Origin: Candidatus Omnitrophota bacterium | GTDB taxonomy: Bacteria > Omnitrophota > Gorgyraeia > Zapsychrales > Fredricksoniimonadaceae | Length of the DNA: 64,000 bases | Assembly: GCA_903860135.1 (NCBI GenBank) | Contig: CAIOPG010000006.1 | Location: 100,275 to 164,274 of the forward strand | Reading direction: 5' to 3' | Shown here: positions 9,533 to 18,894 of the stretch, in pieces | Position numbering within the stretch: position 1 is the stretch's first letter | Layout of the letters: each line of letters opens with the position of its first letter | Made by a program: the position numbers and the translations under genes | The notes under the pieces: generated by a model | The model's input: the letters and a program-made list of their open reading frames with translations, nothing else | What the model was told of the DNA's origin: nothing | Databases searched by the model: none

Positions 9533-10435
9533 ATGATCCCCAAAGATATCCTTGATAAAGTCCGCCGGATAGAGATCACGACCAATCGCCTTGTCACCGA
9601 TGTGTTTGCTGGTCAGTACCATAGTGTATTTAAGGGCCGAGGCATGGAGTTTGACGAGGTGCGCGCGTACCAGCCGGGAGATGATGTGCGCAGCATTGAC
9701 TGGAATGTGACGGCCCGGACAGGCATCCCGCATGTGAAAAAATTTGTTGAAGAACGCGAGATGACGGTCATGGTGCTTGTGGACGCATCGCTGTCTTGCC
9801 GGTTTTCTACGGCCCTAGAGTTAAAAAGTCGCCTTGCCGCCGAGATTGCCGCGGTACTGTCTTTTGCCGCGATCCGCAACAATGACAAGATCGGCCTTCA
9901 GATTTTTACGGATTCCGTCGAGAAGTTCATATCGCCACGCAAGGGGCGCGGTCATGTCCTGCGCATCATCCGCGAGGTGCTGTGCTTTTCAGCCGCCGGG
10001 CGTGGAACAGATATCGCGGCGGCACTTGAATTCATGACCAAGGTCAATCATCGCCGGGCGGTATGTTTCCTGATCTCTGATTTTATTGAGCCGTTGGCAG
10101 GTCAATCCTGGAGTTCACGTTTTGTGAAAGCCATGGCCATCGCCAACCGCCGGCATGACATCATCGCGGTGACGCTCAATGATCCGCGTGAAAAGCAATT
10201 GACGCCTTGCGGCTTGCTGGAATTAGAAGATGCCGAGTCAGGTGAGTCTGTGTGCGTGGACACAAATGATCCGGGTGTCCGAGCGGCTTATGCGCGTGCT
10301 GACAGGGAGCGCCTCACGGCGCGGGACCGGCTTTTTGGTTCGATGAAGGTGGATCATATCGATATATCAACAGATGTGCCTTATGCCGACAGCCTGGTGC
10401 GTTTCTTTGCTCGCCGGCGCAAGAGGTTGGGATGA
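9533..10435 (+). CDS. DUF58-family protein (MoxR partner)
   Basis: The ...YQPGDDVRSIDWNVTART... motif is characteristic of DUF58. The start was moved to the ATG at 9533 to avoid overlapping moxR. Confidence 0.8.
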   Translation: MIPKDILDKVRRIEITTNRLVTDVFAGQYHSVFKGRGMEFDEVRAYQPGDDVRSIDWNVTARTGIPHVKKFVEEREMTVMVLVDASLSCRFSTALELKSRLAAEIAAVLSFAAIRNNDKIGLQIFTDSVEKFISPRKGRGHVLRIIREVLCFSAAGRGTDIAAALEFMTKVNHRRAVCFLISDFIEPLAGQSWSSRFVKAMAIANRRHDIIAVTLNDPREKQLTPCGLLELEDAESGESVCVDTNDPGVRAAYARADRERLTARDRLFGSMKVDHIDISTDVPYADSLVRFFARRRKRLG

Positions 10436-10956
10436 ACGGGGCGTCTGCGACAAGGGCCGGGGTGCTTGAGGCAGGGTTACGTGATATCCGCGGGCCCGTG
10501 GCTATTCCAGGTGAATGGCTTTGGCTCTGGCTACTTTCAGCCGGCATCTTTCTGGTTCTTCTTTTTTGGTTAGCCCGTCATTTTTCCAAACGGGCAACCC
10601 CCCAACCCGTTGTCATCCCGAAACCGGCCTGGGAGACGGCACTCTTGGCCCTGCAGGTATTGGAAAAAGCTGGTTTGATCGGGCAGGGGCGTGCGAAGGA
10701 ATATTATTCCAGTCTTTCCGGGATCGTGCGCGGGTATATTGAGGAACGTTTTGATGTGCGCGCGCCGGAAATGACAACCGAGGAGTTCATGGAGGCGATC
10801 CGTCATTCGGAGAAGTTGACCACAGACCAGCGGGGATTTCTCAAAGATTTCCTGAACGCCAGTGATATGGTCAAGTTCGCCCGTTTTGCTCCGTCGGGTG
10901 ATGATATGCGGCAGGTGATGGCACTGGCCAGGACGTTTGTCGAGGAGGTACGATGA
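10432..10956 (+). CDS. small membrane protein of Bat operons (DUF4381-like)
   Basis: Single TM segment (WLWLWLLSAGIFLVLLFWLA) and a conserved position between DUF58 and batA. Confidence 0.5.
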   Translation: MNGASATRAGVLEAGLRDIRGPVAIPGEWLWLWLLSAGIFLVLLFWLARHFSKRATPQPVVIPKPAWETALLALQVLEKAGLIGQGRAKEYYSSLSGIVRGYIEERFDVRAPEMTTEEFMEAIRHSEKLTTDQRGFLKDFLNASDMVKFARFAPSGDDMRQVMALARTFVEEVR

Positions 10957-11948
10957 CGTTCAAGACGCCGTTGTTCTTGCTTTTGATCCCCCTGGTTCTT
11001 CCGTTCCTGGGTTTTTTATATTTTCGCAAGCGACCGCCGGTGTTCCTTTTTCCGTCGACGGCTTTTGTTTCTGGACTTCCGGTGACATGGCGTTTGCGGT
11101 TGAAACATGTGCCTTTTTTTCTCAGGATAGCGGTGCTGGCTCTTTTTATCCTCGCGCTGGCCGGCCCGGAGAAAGTCCTGCAAGATGCGCGATCGAGTTC
11201 GGAAGGGATCAGCATGGTTCTTCTTCTGGATACATCAACGAGCATGGCGGCTGAGGATTTTACGGTCAACGGTCAACGGATCAACCGTCTGGATGTTGTC
11301 AAATCTGTCCTGAAGGATTTTATTGCCGCGCGACCGGGTGACCGTTTGGGTTTGCTTGCTTTTGCGGCGCGCCCGTATACGGTCAGTCCGTTGACGGCCG
11401 ATCACGCTTGGCTTTTACAAAATCTGGAACGCGTACGTTTTGGCCTGATGGACGATGGGACCGCGATCGGTTCGGCCATCGCTGCGGGCACTGCGCGGTT
11501 ACGCAAGACTGAAGGCAAGAGCAAGGTGATCATCCTGTTGACCGATGGTGTTAATAATGCCGGGAAGATCGCGCCCCTGGAGGCGGCAGATACCGCGGCC
11601 ACGCTGGGCATTAAGGTTTATACCATCGGTGCCGGGACGCGCGAGATGGCACCTTATCCGGTGAAGGATTTGTTGGGGCGGACAATTTATCAGAATATTA
11701 AAGTTGAGATTGACGAGGATGTGCTTCAGAAGATCGCCGGGAAAACGGGAGGCGCCTATTTCCGGGCCACTGATACGGACTCACTCAAGCGCATTTATGA
11801 GCGTATCGACAAACTTGAGAAAGTCAAATTTGATGAGAACGGCTACCGTCAGGTTGAAGGTTACTTTGACATTGTGTTGCTGGCGGCACTGGTGCTTCTT
11901 TTGATCGAGCTCATCCTTGCCAGGACTATATTCTTGAGGATACCGTGA
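10953..11948 (+). CDS. batA: VWA-domain membrane protein BatA
   Basis: N-terminal TMs and the VWA MIDAS motif (VLLLDTSTSM). Confidence 0.8.
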   Translation: MTFKTPLFLLLIPLVLPFLGFLYFRKRPPVFLFPSTAFVSGLPVTWRLRLKHVPFFLRIAVLALFILALAGPEKVLQDARSSSEGISMVLLLDTSTSMAAEDFTVNGQRINRLDVVKSVLKDFIAARPGDRLGLLAFAARPYTVSPLTADHAWLLQNLERVRFGLMDDGTAIGSAIAAGTARLRKTEGKSKVIILLTDGVNNAGKIAPLEAADTAATLGIKVYTIGAGTREMAPYPVKDLLGRTIYQNIKVEIDEDVLQKIAGKTGGAYFRATDTDSLKRIYERIDKLEKVKFDENGYRQVEGYFDIVLLAALVLLLIELILARTIFLRIP

Positions 11949-12952
11949 TCCATTTCGCCCAACCTTCTTTCTGGAACGGTCTTTTGGGTGTTGGCTTTGT
12001 TGCCTTCTTGCTGGTTTTTCTGGCCAGGCTACGGCGTAAGATCAGCTACCGCTTTGGCGACAAGATGCTGGCGCGCGTGACGGCGCGCAGTTTCGAGCGG
12101 CAACGGTTCATTTGGAAAGAAGCCCTGATTGTTGCGGCTTTCTTTTTTTCAGTGGTTGCCCTGGCGCGGCCTCAATGGGGCTTTGAGTGGCAGAGTGTGA
12201 AGCGGCAGGGGCTCGATATCCTTGTGGTGATGGACACGTCAAAGAGCATGTTGACCGAGGATGTCAAGCCAAATCGCCTCGAGCGTGCTAAATTTGCGGT
12301 TAAGGATCTCGTGAAGAAACTTCAAGGCGACAGGGCGGGACTGATCCCTTTTGCCGGGGATGCTTTCTTGTCATGCCCGTTGACCACGGATTATGGCGGA
12401 TTTCTCCTCAGCCTTGATGATGTGAGTGTTCAGACGATCCCCCGTGGCGGAACGAATATTGCCCGGGCCATCGAAGAGGCATTGCAAGGGTATGTCGATG
12501 TGCCGGCGCAGTACAAGGTTATTGTTATTTTGACCGATGGTGAAAGTCTGGAGGGTGATCCGCTACGCTGGGCCAGGACAGCAGCCGAAAAGAATGTCCG
12601 AATTTATACCGTCGGCATTGGCACACGCGAGGGGGAACTCGTCAAGGTTACGGATGAGAGCGGTAGCGGCGGTTTTCTCAAGGATTCCTCAGGAAATTTT
12701 GTTAAATCTTCGCTCAACGAAGGTGCGCTCAAGGAAATTGCCGCGATCACGGGGGGAGCTTATGTGCGTGCCAGCGGGGCTGAACTTGGGCTGGATTATC
12801 TTTATGACCATTATTTGTCGCATTTGGAAAAACGCGACATTGAGAGCCGGATGGAGCAGCGGTATCATGAACGGTTTCAGTTTCCTCTTTTTGCGGCTTT
12901 TCTTTTATTGTTGATCGAGGTCATGTTATCGGTCAGGAGGCCTGAAACGTGA
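11945..12952 (+). CDS. batB: VWA-domain membrane protein BatB
   Basis: MIDAS motif ILVVMDTSKSM and a C-terminal TM. Confidence 0.8.
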   Translation: MIHFAQPSFWNGLLGVGFVAFLLVFLARLRRKISYRFGDKMLARVTARSFERQRFIWKEALIVAAFFFSVVALARPQWGFEWQSVKRQGLDILVVMDTSKSMLTEDVKPNRLERAKFAVKDLVKKLQGDRAGLIPFAGDAFLSCPLTTDYGGFLLSLDDVSVQTIPRGGTNIARAIEEALQGYVDVPAQYKVIVILTDGESLEGDPLRWARTAAEKNVRIYTVGIGTREGELVKVTDESGSGGFLKDSSGNFVKSSLNEGALKEIAAITGGAYVRASGAELGLDYLYDHYLSHLEKRDIESRMEQRYHERFQFPLFAAFLLLLIEVMLSVRRPET

Positions 12953-13776
12953 AAATTTTCTTTATGGCACTGATGATCTGCCTTATGGCTGTTCCGGTGC
13001 ATGCGTCTGGCGCGGCAGGGGATGTTGCGGCAGGGAATAGCCTGTTCAAGCAACAAAAGTTCCCTGAAGCGCGTTTGCGTTATGAATCTGCCGCACGCAA
13101 GGATCCTGCAGAGGCAAGGATTGAGTATGATATTGCTACAGCGGCGTACAAGGCGGGGGATTTTGATGCCGCTACCGATCATTTTCAGAAAAGCCTTTTG
13201 ACCGAAGATGATCATTTTCGGCGGGATGTTCATTACAATCTTGGGAATGCGTTTTACAAGGCTGGGATGTCCCGTGAAGATAAGAATCTGGAACAAGCCT
13301 TGCAGCGCCTTGAGGGAGCTGTGGGCAGTTTTGAGAAAGCGCTGGGAGTTGATCCACATGATGCGGATGCGGCCCATAACAGGGATTTTGTTAAACAGGA
13401 AATAATACGGCTACAACAGAAACAGCAACAGCAGAAGCAACAGCAACAGCAGAAGCAACAGCAAAAAGACGGCCAGCAAGGAAAAGAGCAACAACAAGCG
13501 TCGTCTTCGCAAGACAAGAAGGATGGTGAAACGCCGTCATCAGCGGAACCTAAGAAGGATGAGGAGAATGGATCCCCTTCCGGTGAGGGCCAGTCGAAGA
13601 ATGCTTCGGAAGAAAAGAAAGAGCCTCTGACTGGACAAGGTGCTGAGCGGCAGATATCATCACAGAAAGAGGCCAACGATCTTGTGGATGATTTTGAACG
13701 CAATGAACTTCCCAAAGGGTTTTTGAATTTTATCCATCAGGCGCGCGATCCGCGTCCTGTTGAGAAAGACTGGTAG
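12949..13776 (+). CDS. batC: TPR-repeat protein BatC with low-complexity Q/K-rich linker
   Basis: Signal peptide and TPR-like repeats (YNLGNAFYKAG...), followed by a QQKQQQQKQQQQQKQQQK stretch. Confidence 0.7.
   Translation: MKIFFMALMICLMAVPVHASGAAGDVAAGNSLFKQQKFPEARLRYESAARKDPAEARIEYDIATAAYKAGDFDAATDHFQKSLLTEDDHFRRDVHYNLGNAFYKAGMSREDKNLEQALQRLEGAVGSFEKALGVDPHDADAAHNRDFVKQEIIRLQQKQQQQKQQQQQKQQQKDGQQGKEQQQASSSQDKKDGETPSSAEPKKDEENGSPSGEGQSKNASEEKKEPLTGQGAERQISSQKEANDLVDDFERNELPKGFLNFIHQARDPRPVEKDW
13415..13470 (+). repeat. tandem 18-nt repeat (cagcaacagcagaagcaa ×~2.5) encoding a poly-Q/K tract inside batC
   Basis: A direct read of 13411–13470 shows the repeated unit; it is a likely slippage-prone tract. 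Confidence 0.7.
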
Positions 13777-13778
13777 GT

Positions 13779-15572
13779 ATGCATATGCGAAAATCAGTGA
13801 TGATCATGTTGTTTGCATTGATGCTCAGTACGGCTCAGGCGACGGATATAACGGTTAAGGCGACGGTGAAGTCGGCACGGATTGCTTTCGGATCGGTCGT
13901 GTCATATACCATTACCGTCAACGGAGCGCAGGATCTTCAGCCACCGGCACTGCCACCCATAGACGGGCTTGACGTGCGTTACAGCGGGCCGGCGACGCAT
14001 GTGGCCGTTATTAATGGCGTATATTCGGTTGAGCAGTCTTTTAATTACGTTCTTATTCCTTTAAAGAAAGGCAGTTTGACTATCCCGCCGGTTGAGGTGG
14101 ATGTTAAGGGCCAGAAGTTTACGACAGAGGCTGTTGCTGTCGATGTTGTTACCGCCGTGGATGAAACACCTTCAGTTAATGGGGGCGGAGATAAGGTTCA
14201 GGACATTGAAAGCCGTTTAAAAGTGTTGATGGCGGTATCGAAAGCCCGGGTTTACGCGGGAGAGTCTGTTCCTTTGACCATTCGGCTTTATGTGAATCAG
14301 CTTTCTCTTCAGGAACTTTCTTTTCCTGAAATAACGCACGATGGTTTTCGCCTGGAGTCTTTTTCGGAGCCCAAGCAGTTCCAGGAAGCCATGGATGGCA
14401 TTAATTGGCAGGTGATCGAGTTTTCTACATTGCTTTATCCCACGCGCGCCGGCGGGATCAAGATATCTCCGGCCGTCCTTCGAGGAAGCCTTCTTTTTAA
14501 GGCAGAGTCATCCAAAGATACGTCGGGCGGCCTTTTTGATGACGGATTTTTCGGCAATTTCTTTACCTCTTACCAGAAACGTCCGGTTACCATGACGTCC
14601 AATGCGGTAACGTTGGATGCGCTTCCTTTGCCCGAGGAAGGTAAACCAGCGGATTTTTCGGGGGCTGTGGGTGAGTTTGAATTTACAGCTGAAGCAGCTC
14701 CTCTTAAAGTGAAGGCTGGTGATCCGGTCACGTTACGCATGCAGCTCACGGGGGTTGGCAGTATGAAAGCGGTTACGTTGCCGGTATTCAAAGCTGACGG
14801 TTTTAAAGTTTATGATCCGCAGATCAAGGATGAAGGCGCCCGTAAAAGCCTTGAACAGGTTCTTATTCCGACAGATGTGAAGCTATCAGCCATACCTCCT
14901 GTGAAATTTACTTATTTTGATGTGAAGTCAGGGGCTTATCGCATGATCGAACGTGGCCCTTTTCCGCTTCAGGTGGCACCGGCTTCTAAGGGGGATGAAT
15001 TCCAGGCTGTTGGTTTTTCAAGGTCGGCTGAGGTTTCTGTTCCTGAAACGTTTGGTCGAGACATTGTGTTCATCAAGGATCATCCCGGACGGCTTGAAAA
15101 GCGCGCGGATGCCCCGCTATGGCAGATGGCATTTTATGTCATCCTTGCGCTTTATCTCCAGGCCTGGGGTGCCTTCTTGGTTATTTATCTTCGCCGGCGC
15201 AGATTAATGAATGACCCGCGCTTCGCCCGGCAAGCGGCCGCGGCCAGGGAAGCGCGAGCCGTGTTTAAGGCCGCCCGTGAGCATTTGGCTGACGGGAATA
15301 CCAAGGGGTTTTATGAGGTGCTGGAGAACGGGTTGAGGGATTATTTTTCTTCCAGATGCGGTCTTCCTTCAGGGAACCTTGACATACTATCTGTGGAAGA
15401 GGTTTTGCGGGCGGCGCAGCTTGACGAGAAATATATCTTGCGTCTTAAAGATATTTATAAAGTCGCCGAACATGCCCGTTTTGCCGGTATGCCGGGGGGC
15501 GTTGAGGGGATGCAGTCCCACCTGGCTGATGCGGAGGATATTGTTCGGCTTGTGGAAAGGCGGTCGCGATGA
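13779..15572 (+). CDS. batD: BatD-like oxygen-tolerance protein
   Basis: Signal peptide, a large periplasmic region and one late TM (FYVILALYLQAWGAFLVIYL), and a position after batC. Confidence 0.7.
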   Translation: MHMRKSVMIMLFALMLSTAQATDITVKATVKSARIAFGSVVSYTITVNGAQDLQPPALPPIDGLDVRYSGPATHVAVINGVYSVEQSFNYVLIPLKKGSLTIPPVEVDVKGQKFTTEAVAVDVVTAVDETPSVNGGGDKVQDIESRLKVLMAVSKARVYAGESVPLTIRLYVNQLSLQELSFPEITHDGFRLESFSEPKQFQEAMDGINWQVIEFSTLLYPTRAGGIKISPAVLRGSLLFKAESSKDTSGGLFDDGFFGNFFTSYQKRPVTMTSNAVTLDALPLPEEGKPADFSGAVGEFEFTAEAAPLKVKAGDPVTLRMQLTGVGSMKAVTLPVFKADGFKVYDPQIKDEGARKSLEQVLIPTDVKLSAIPPVKFTYFDVKSGAYRMIERGPFPLQVAPASKGDEFQAVGFSRSAEVSVPETFGRDIVFIKDHPGRLEKRADAPLWQMAFYVILALYLQAWGAFLVIYLRRRRLMNDPRFARQAAAAREARAVFKAAREHLADGNTKGFYEVLENGLRDYFSSRCGLPSGNLDILSVEEVLRAAQLDEKYILRLKDIYKVAEHARFAGMPGGVEGMQSHLADAEDIVRLVERRSR

Positions 15573-16321
15573 AATTATGGAGGATGTTGCTTTTATTTCT
15601 GGTTGTTATGTTCATGGGGCTGTCAGTTGCTCGCGCGGATGCGGGCAGGGCGGAAGCCGAGAAGTTTTTTATTAATGCTGTTAAAGCTTATCACGAGGCG
15701 CATTATACCGATGCGGTGGCATTGAATGAAGCTATTTTGGCACAGGGTTTTTCATCGCCGGCAGTTTATTACAATCTCGGGAACGCGGCGTTTAAATCCA
15801 GACGGATAGGGAAAGCTATCCTGAATTATTTACGCGCCCGGAGCCTAGCACCGCGCGATAGCGATATTCGGGCGAATCTGTCATTTGCCAGAACCATGGT
15901 CGAGAACTATGCACCGGTCAGGTCGGTATCGGCATTCGCGCCGCTGGAAAGATTATTTTCCGGTAATGAGCTTCAGTGGCTGGCGTTGTCGTTGCTGGCA
16001 TTAACGGGGATTTTCTTCCTTGGAAGTCTTTATGCGGGGTTCCCTCAGAAGAGGGTGGTTCAGGGTACAGTCCTTCTGGTTTTGGTAACCGGATATTTTT
16101 CGGCGGCTTCTTTTGCCCATACGCTAGATCAAATAGGGGCATCGGTTTGTGTTGGTAAGGCCGAGGCGCGATTTGAACCGAATGCCCAAGCGACGCTTTA
16201 TTTTAATGTTCCTGAAGGGACCGAGGTGCGGATACATCGGGAAAAAGATGGCTGGGCCAAGATCGAGCGTTCGGATGGTAAGTCCGGCTGGATCATGTCA
16301 GTGCTGGCAGAAAAAATATAG
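15569..16321 (+). CDS. batE: BatE-like TPR/SH3b protein
   Basis: TPR motifs (YYNLGNAAFKSRR...) and a C-terminal SH3b-like segment (GWAKIERSDGKSGWI). Confidence 0.6.
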   Translation: MKLWRMLLLFLVVMFMGLSVARADAGRAEAEKFFINAVKAYHEAHYTDAVALNEAILAQGFSSPAVYYNLGNAAFKSRRIGKAILNYLRARSLAPRDSDIRANLSFARTMVENYAPVRSVSAFAPLERLFSGNELQWLALSLLALTGIFFLGSLYAGFPQKRVVQGTVLLVLVTGYFSAASFAHTLDQIGASVCVGKAEARFEPNAQATLYFNVPEGTEVRIHREKDGWAKIERSDGKSGWIMSVLAEKI

Positions 16322-16328
16322 GGGGTTT

Positions 16329-17156
16329 ATGTCGCAAGAAATGGATGTCATGCTGTCGATCGTTCGCGATGGGGGGCGTATCGCTTTGCGTCTGATCGAT
16401 GATTGCCACCCAGAACTCAAATCCGATGCGTCGGTGGTTACCCGTGCGGATATGGCTGTATCTGCGCTGGCGCAGGAACGGCTCAGACCTTTTCTCAAAG
16501 CTGGCTCGCATATCCTTATTGATGAAGAAACAGTTGCCCGGACAGGTAAACCTGCCGATGTCCTTGCCCGTGATGTACCGTTTATCTGGGCTATCGACCC
16601 TATTGACGGCACACGTCCTTACGCCAACAACATGCCTCAATATGCGGTGTCGCTGGGTCTCATGAAGGATAAAAAGCCATGGATGGGTGCTGTGTATTTT
16701 CCGACGATGCGTGAGCTGTTTTATTGTGATGGCAAAGATGCTTGGTTTGTGACGGAGCCTTTCGGGTTCAGGGCTAGGCGCCGGCGTATTGTTCCAGTTG
16801 ATGCCGTACTCTCGAGTCGTTCAGTATTCATTGCGACCGATGAGGTCGTCGAGAAGTTCGCCTGGCGTTCGCAAGATTGCCGCTTGATGATCTTTGCTTC
16901 TGCGGTGAGCGAGTTTTGCTGGCCAGCGATCGGCCGCGGCTGTGGCTCTTTGTCGCGGGTCTTTGTGTGGGATATTGCCGGTTCATGGCCCATCGCCCTA
17001 CAGGCAGGGCTCAGGTTTCGCTCGGTGCAGACAGGTTTGCCTTTGGATAAACTGGAACCGGGTATTTTTGATGAAGCCTGGAGATTGAAAGATCATTATA
17101 TCCTTTCATCTGACCGTAATTTTCCGTTATTGCGGGATAAATTAAAAGCTATTTGA
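16329..17156 (+). CDS. inositol-monophosphatase-family phosphatase
   Basis: Signature WAIDPIDGTRPY. The start was chosen at the ATG at 16329, after the batE stop. Confidence 0.8.
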   Translation: MSQEMDVMLSIVRDGGRIALRLIDDCHPELKSDASVVTRADMAVSALAQERLRPFLKAGSHILIDEETVARTGKPADVLARDVPFIWAIDPIDGTRPYANNMPQYAVSLGLMKDKKPWMGAVYFPTMRELFYCDGKDAWFVTEPFGFRARRRRIVPVDAVLSSRSVFIATDEVVEKFAWRSQDCRLMIFASAVSEFCWPAIGRGCGSLSRVFVWDIAGSWPIALQAGLRFRSVQTGLPLDKLEPGIFDEAWRLKDHYILSSDRNFPLLRDKLKAI

Positions 17157-17623
17157 GGTTATTGCCTGTGATCCACGACTATATTGATAATTTCTTGCGT
17201 TATTCTCTGCCGGGGGCGGGTCTTATCCTTGAGTTTCTTCGGACGAATCCCGCCCATGCATTGCCTTTGGTTGAACACGCCATCAACGGACGTGAGCTTT
17301 TTGTTCGTCCTGCGGCTTATTCAACCCGGCTTCCTGAAGAGGGGCGTTTTGAAGTCCATCAGCTTTATATGGATGTTCAGTATGTCATCAGCGGTGTTGA
17401 ACGCATGCAGTCTGTTCCTGCGGATGCTTTATTGCCGGCAACGGCATATGATCCTGTGGCGGATATTCAGTTCTTCACAGCGGATCATGACATCACCGAT
17501 GTTTGTGTGAAGCCCGGGGAATTTGTTGTTTATTTTCCCGGAGAGGCGCATCGCCCCATGTGCCAGCGAGGATCAGTCCCGGAGCTTGTCAAAAAACTTG
17601 TTTTCAAGATAAAAATATCCTAG
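17153..17623 (+). CDS. YhcH/YjgK/YiaL-family (DUF386) protein
   Basis: A conserved ...FFTADHD...GEFVVYFPGEAHRP... cupin-like core. The TTG/GTG start overlaps the upstream stop. Confidence 0.65.
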   Translation: MRLLPVIHDYIDNFLRYSLPGAGLILEFLRTNPAHALPLVEHAINGRELFVRPAAYSTRLPEEGRFEVHQLYMDVQYVISGVERMQSVPADALLPATAYDPVADIQFFTADHDITDVCVKPGEFVVYFPGEAHRPMCQRGSVPELVKKLVFKIKIS

Positions 17624-17866
17624 TGTTTTTTATCCAGTAGCCGATGAACGATTTTCTCTACGTGAAGATCAGCCTGGAATAGGGTGCCTATTTTTCCTGT
17701 TTATTTTGTGTAAATTTCTTTGATGTTATATATACTATTAAAATATATTGATCCCGGGTATTCCCTGGCGTGTTGTTGTGCCAACGGTATCGTTCGTTGA
17801 TAGATGGCAGATGCACGATCCGGGTTTATAAATTAACGGAAAAGTATTTCAGAATATTCAGGTGGT

Positions 17867-18844
17867 ATGGAACTTCAAGAGATTTATCAGCCGATCGCAA
17901 AAGATTTCAAGAAATTAGCCGTGATGTTGAAAACCTCGCTCGGAGGACGTGACAGCAAGGTGATTCTTGAGATAAACAAATTTCTCCTTGGGTCTGGCGG
18001 AAAGAAATTGCGCCCGGCCATGGTTTTCTTGTCGGCGCAAGCTGTCAGGGGGCGAGGCATATCCCGGCAAATGGATGGAAAGTTGGTCGAGCTGGCGGCG
18101 GCGGTGGAACTTATTCACCAGGCTTCGTTAATTCATGATGATGTGATCGATCATGCTGCATTAAGGCATCGCCAGCCGACGGTCAATCACCGATGGGGCC
18201 AGGATGTCGCTATCGCGGCAGGTGATTATTTCTACGCCGAGGCATTTCGTCTGGTTGCTGCCTGTGGTAATGCCGGTGTACTTGATTGCATGGGCACGGC
18301 GACAAAGTTGATGTGCGAGGGGGAATTGTCTCAGATATGCGAAAGGGGCAATGTTGATTTGCTCAAACGGCAATATCTTGTGATGGTGCAAAAAAAGACA
18401 GCGGCATTGTTTGCGGCATCTTGTCATGCGGGTGTCCTGCTGGCGGGGGCAAACTTGACAGACCAAAAGACCTTCAAGGACTATGGTTCAAATTTCGGCA
18501 TGGCTTTTCAGGTCAGGGATGATTATCTTGATCTGATTGGGCAAGAAGAGGTCTTGGGTAAAATTTCCGGTGCCGATTTTCATGTTGGCGAGTGGACGTT
18601 GCCTGTTTTTAATCTTCTGGCCCAGAGCGAAGAAAGGGCGTCGACCTTGAAGTTAATGCGTCAGCCTGACAGGCAGGCAGCATTAAAAGAAATACGGCAA
18701 AAGTTTATGAATTCACGGGCACTCTTGAAAACCAAGAATGAAGTGAATGGCTATGTGCGAAAAGCTCAAGAAAGTATACGCGGTTTGAAAGGATCACCGT
18801 TCAAGGATAGTTTGCTGGCGTTGGCGGAAAATGTTTCCGTATAG
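17867..18844 (+). CDS. ispB: long-chain polyprenyl diphosphate synthase (IspB-like)
   Basis: First DDxxD motif (LIHDDVIDH) and second (FQVRDDYLD). Confidence 0.85.
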   Translation: MELQEIYQPIAKDFKKLAVMLKTSLGGRDSKVILEINKFLLGSGGKKLRPAMVFLSAQAVRGRGISRQMDGKLVELAAAVELIHQASLIHDDVIDHAALRHRQPTVNHRWGQDVAIAAGDYFYAEAFRLVAACGNAGVLDCMGTATKLMCEGELSQICERGNVDLLKRQYLVMVQKKTAALFAASCHAGVLLAGANLTDQKTFKDYGSNFGMAFQVRDDYLDLIGQEEVLGKISGADFHVGEWTLPVFNLLAQSEERASTLKLMRQPDRQAALKEIRQKFMNSRALLKTKNEVNGYVRKAQESIRGLKGSPFKDSLLALAENVSV

Positions 18845-18894
18845 ACAGGGTTGTTGCTGACGGGGGATTTTGGGGATCTCCTATAATATTTAAC

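Noticed and set aside
13381-13560. The CAG/CAA-rich tandem repeat as a CRISPR-like or mobile element.
   Set aside because: It is an in-frame low-complexity coding repeat inside batC, with no spacer-repeat periodicity and no cas genes.
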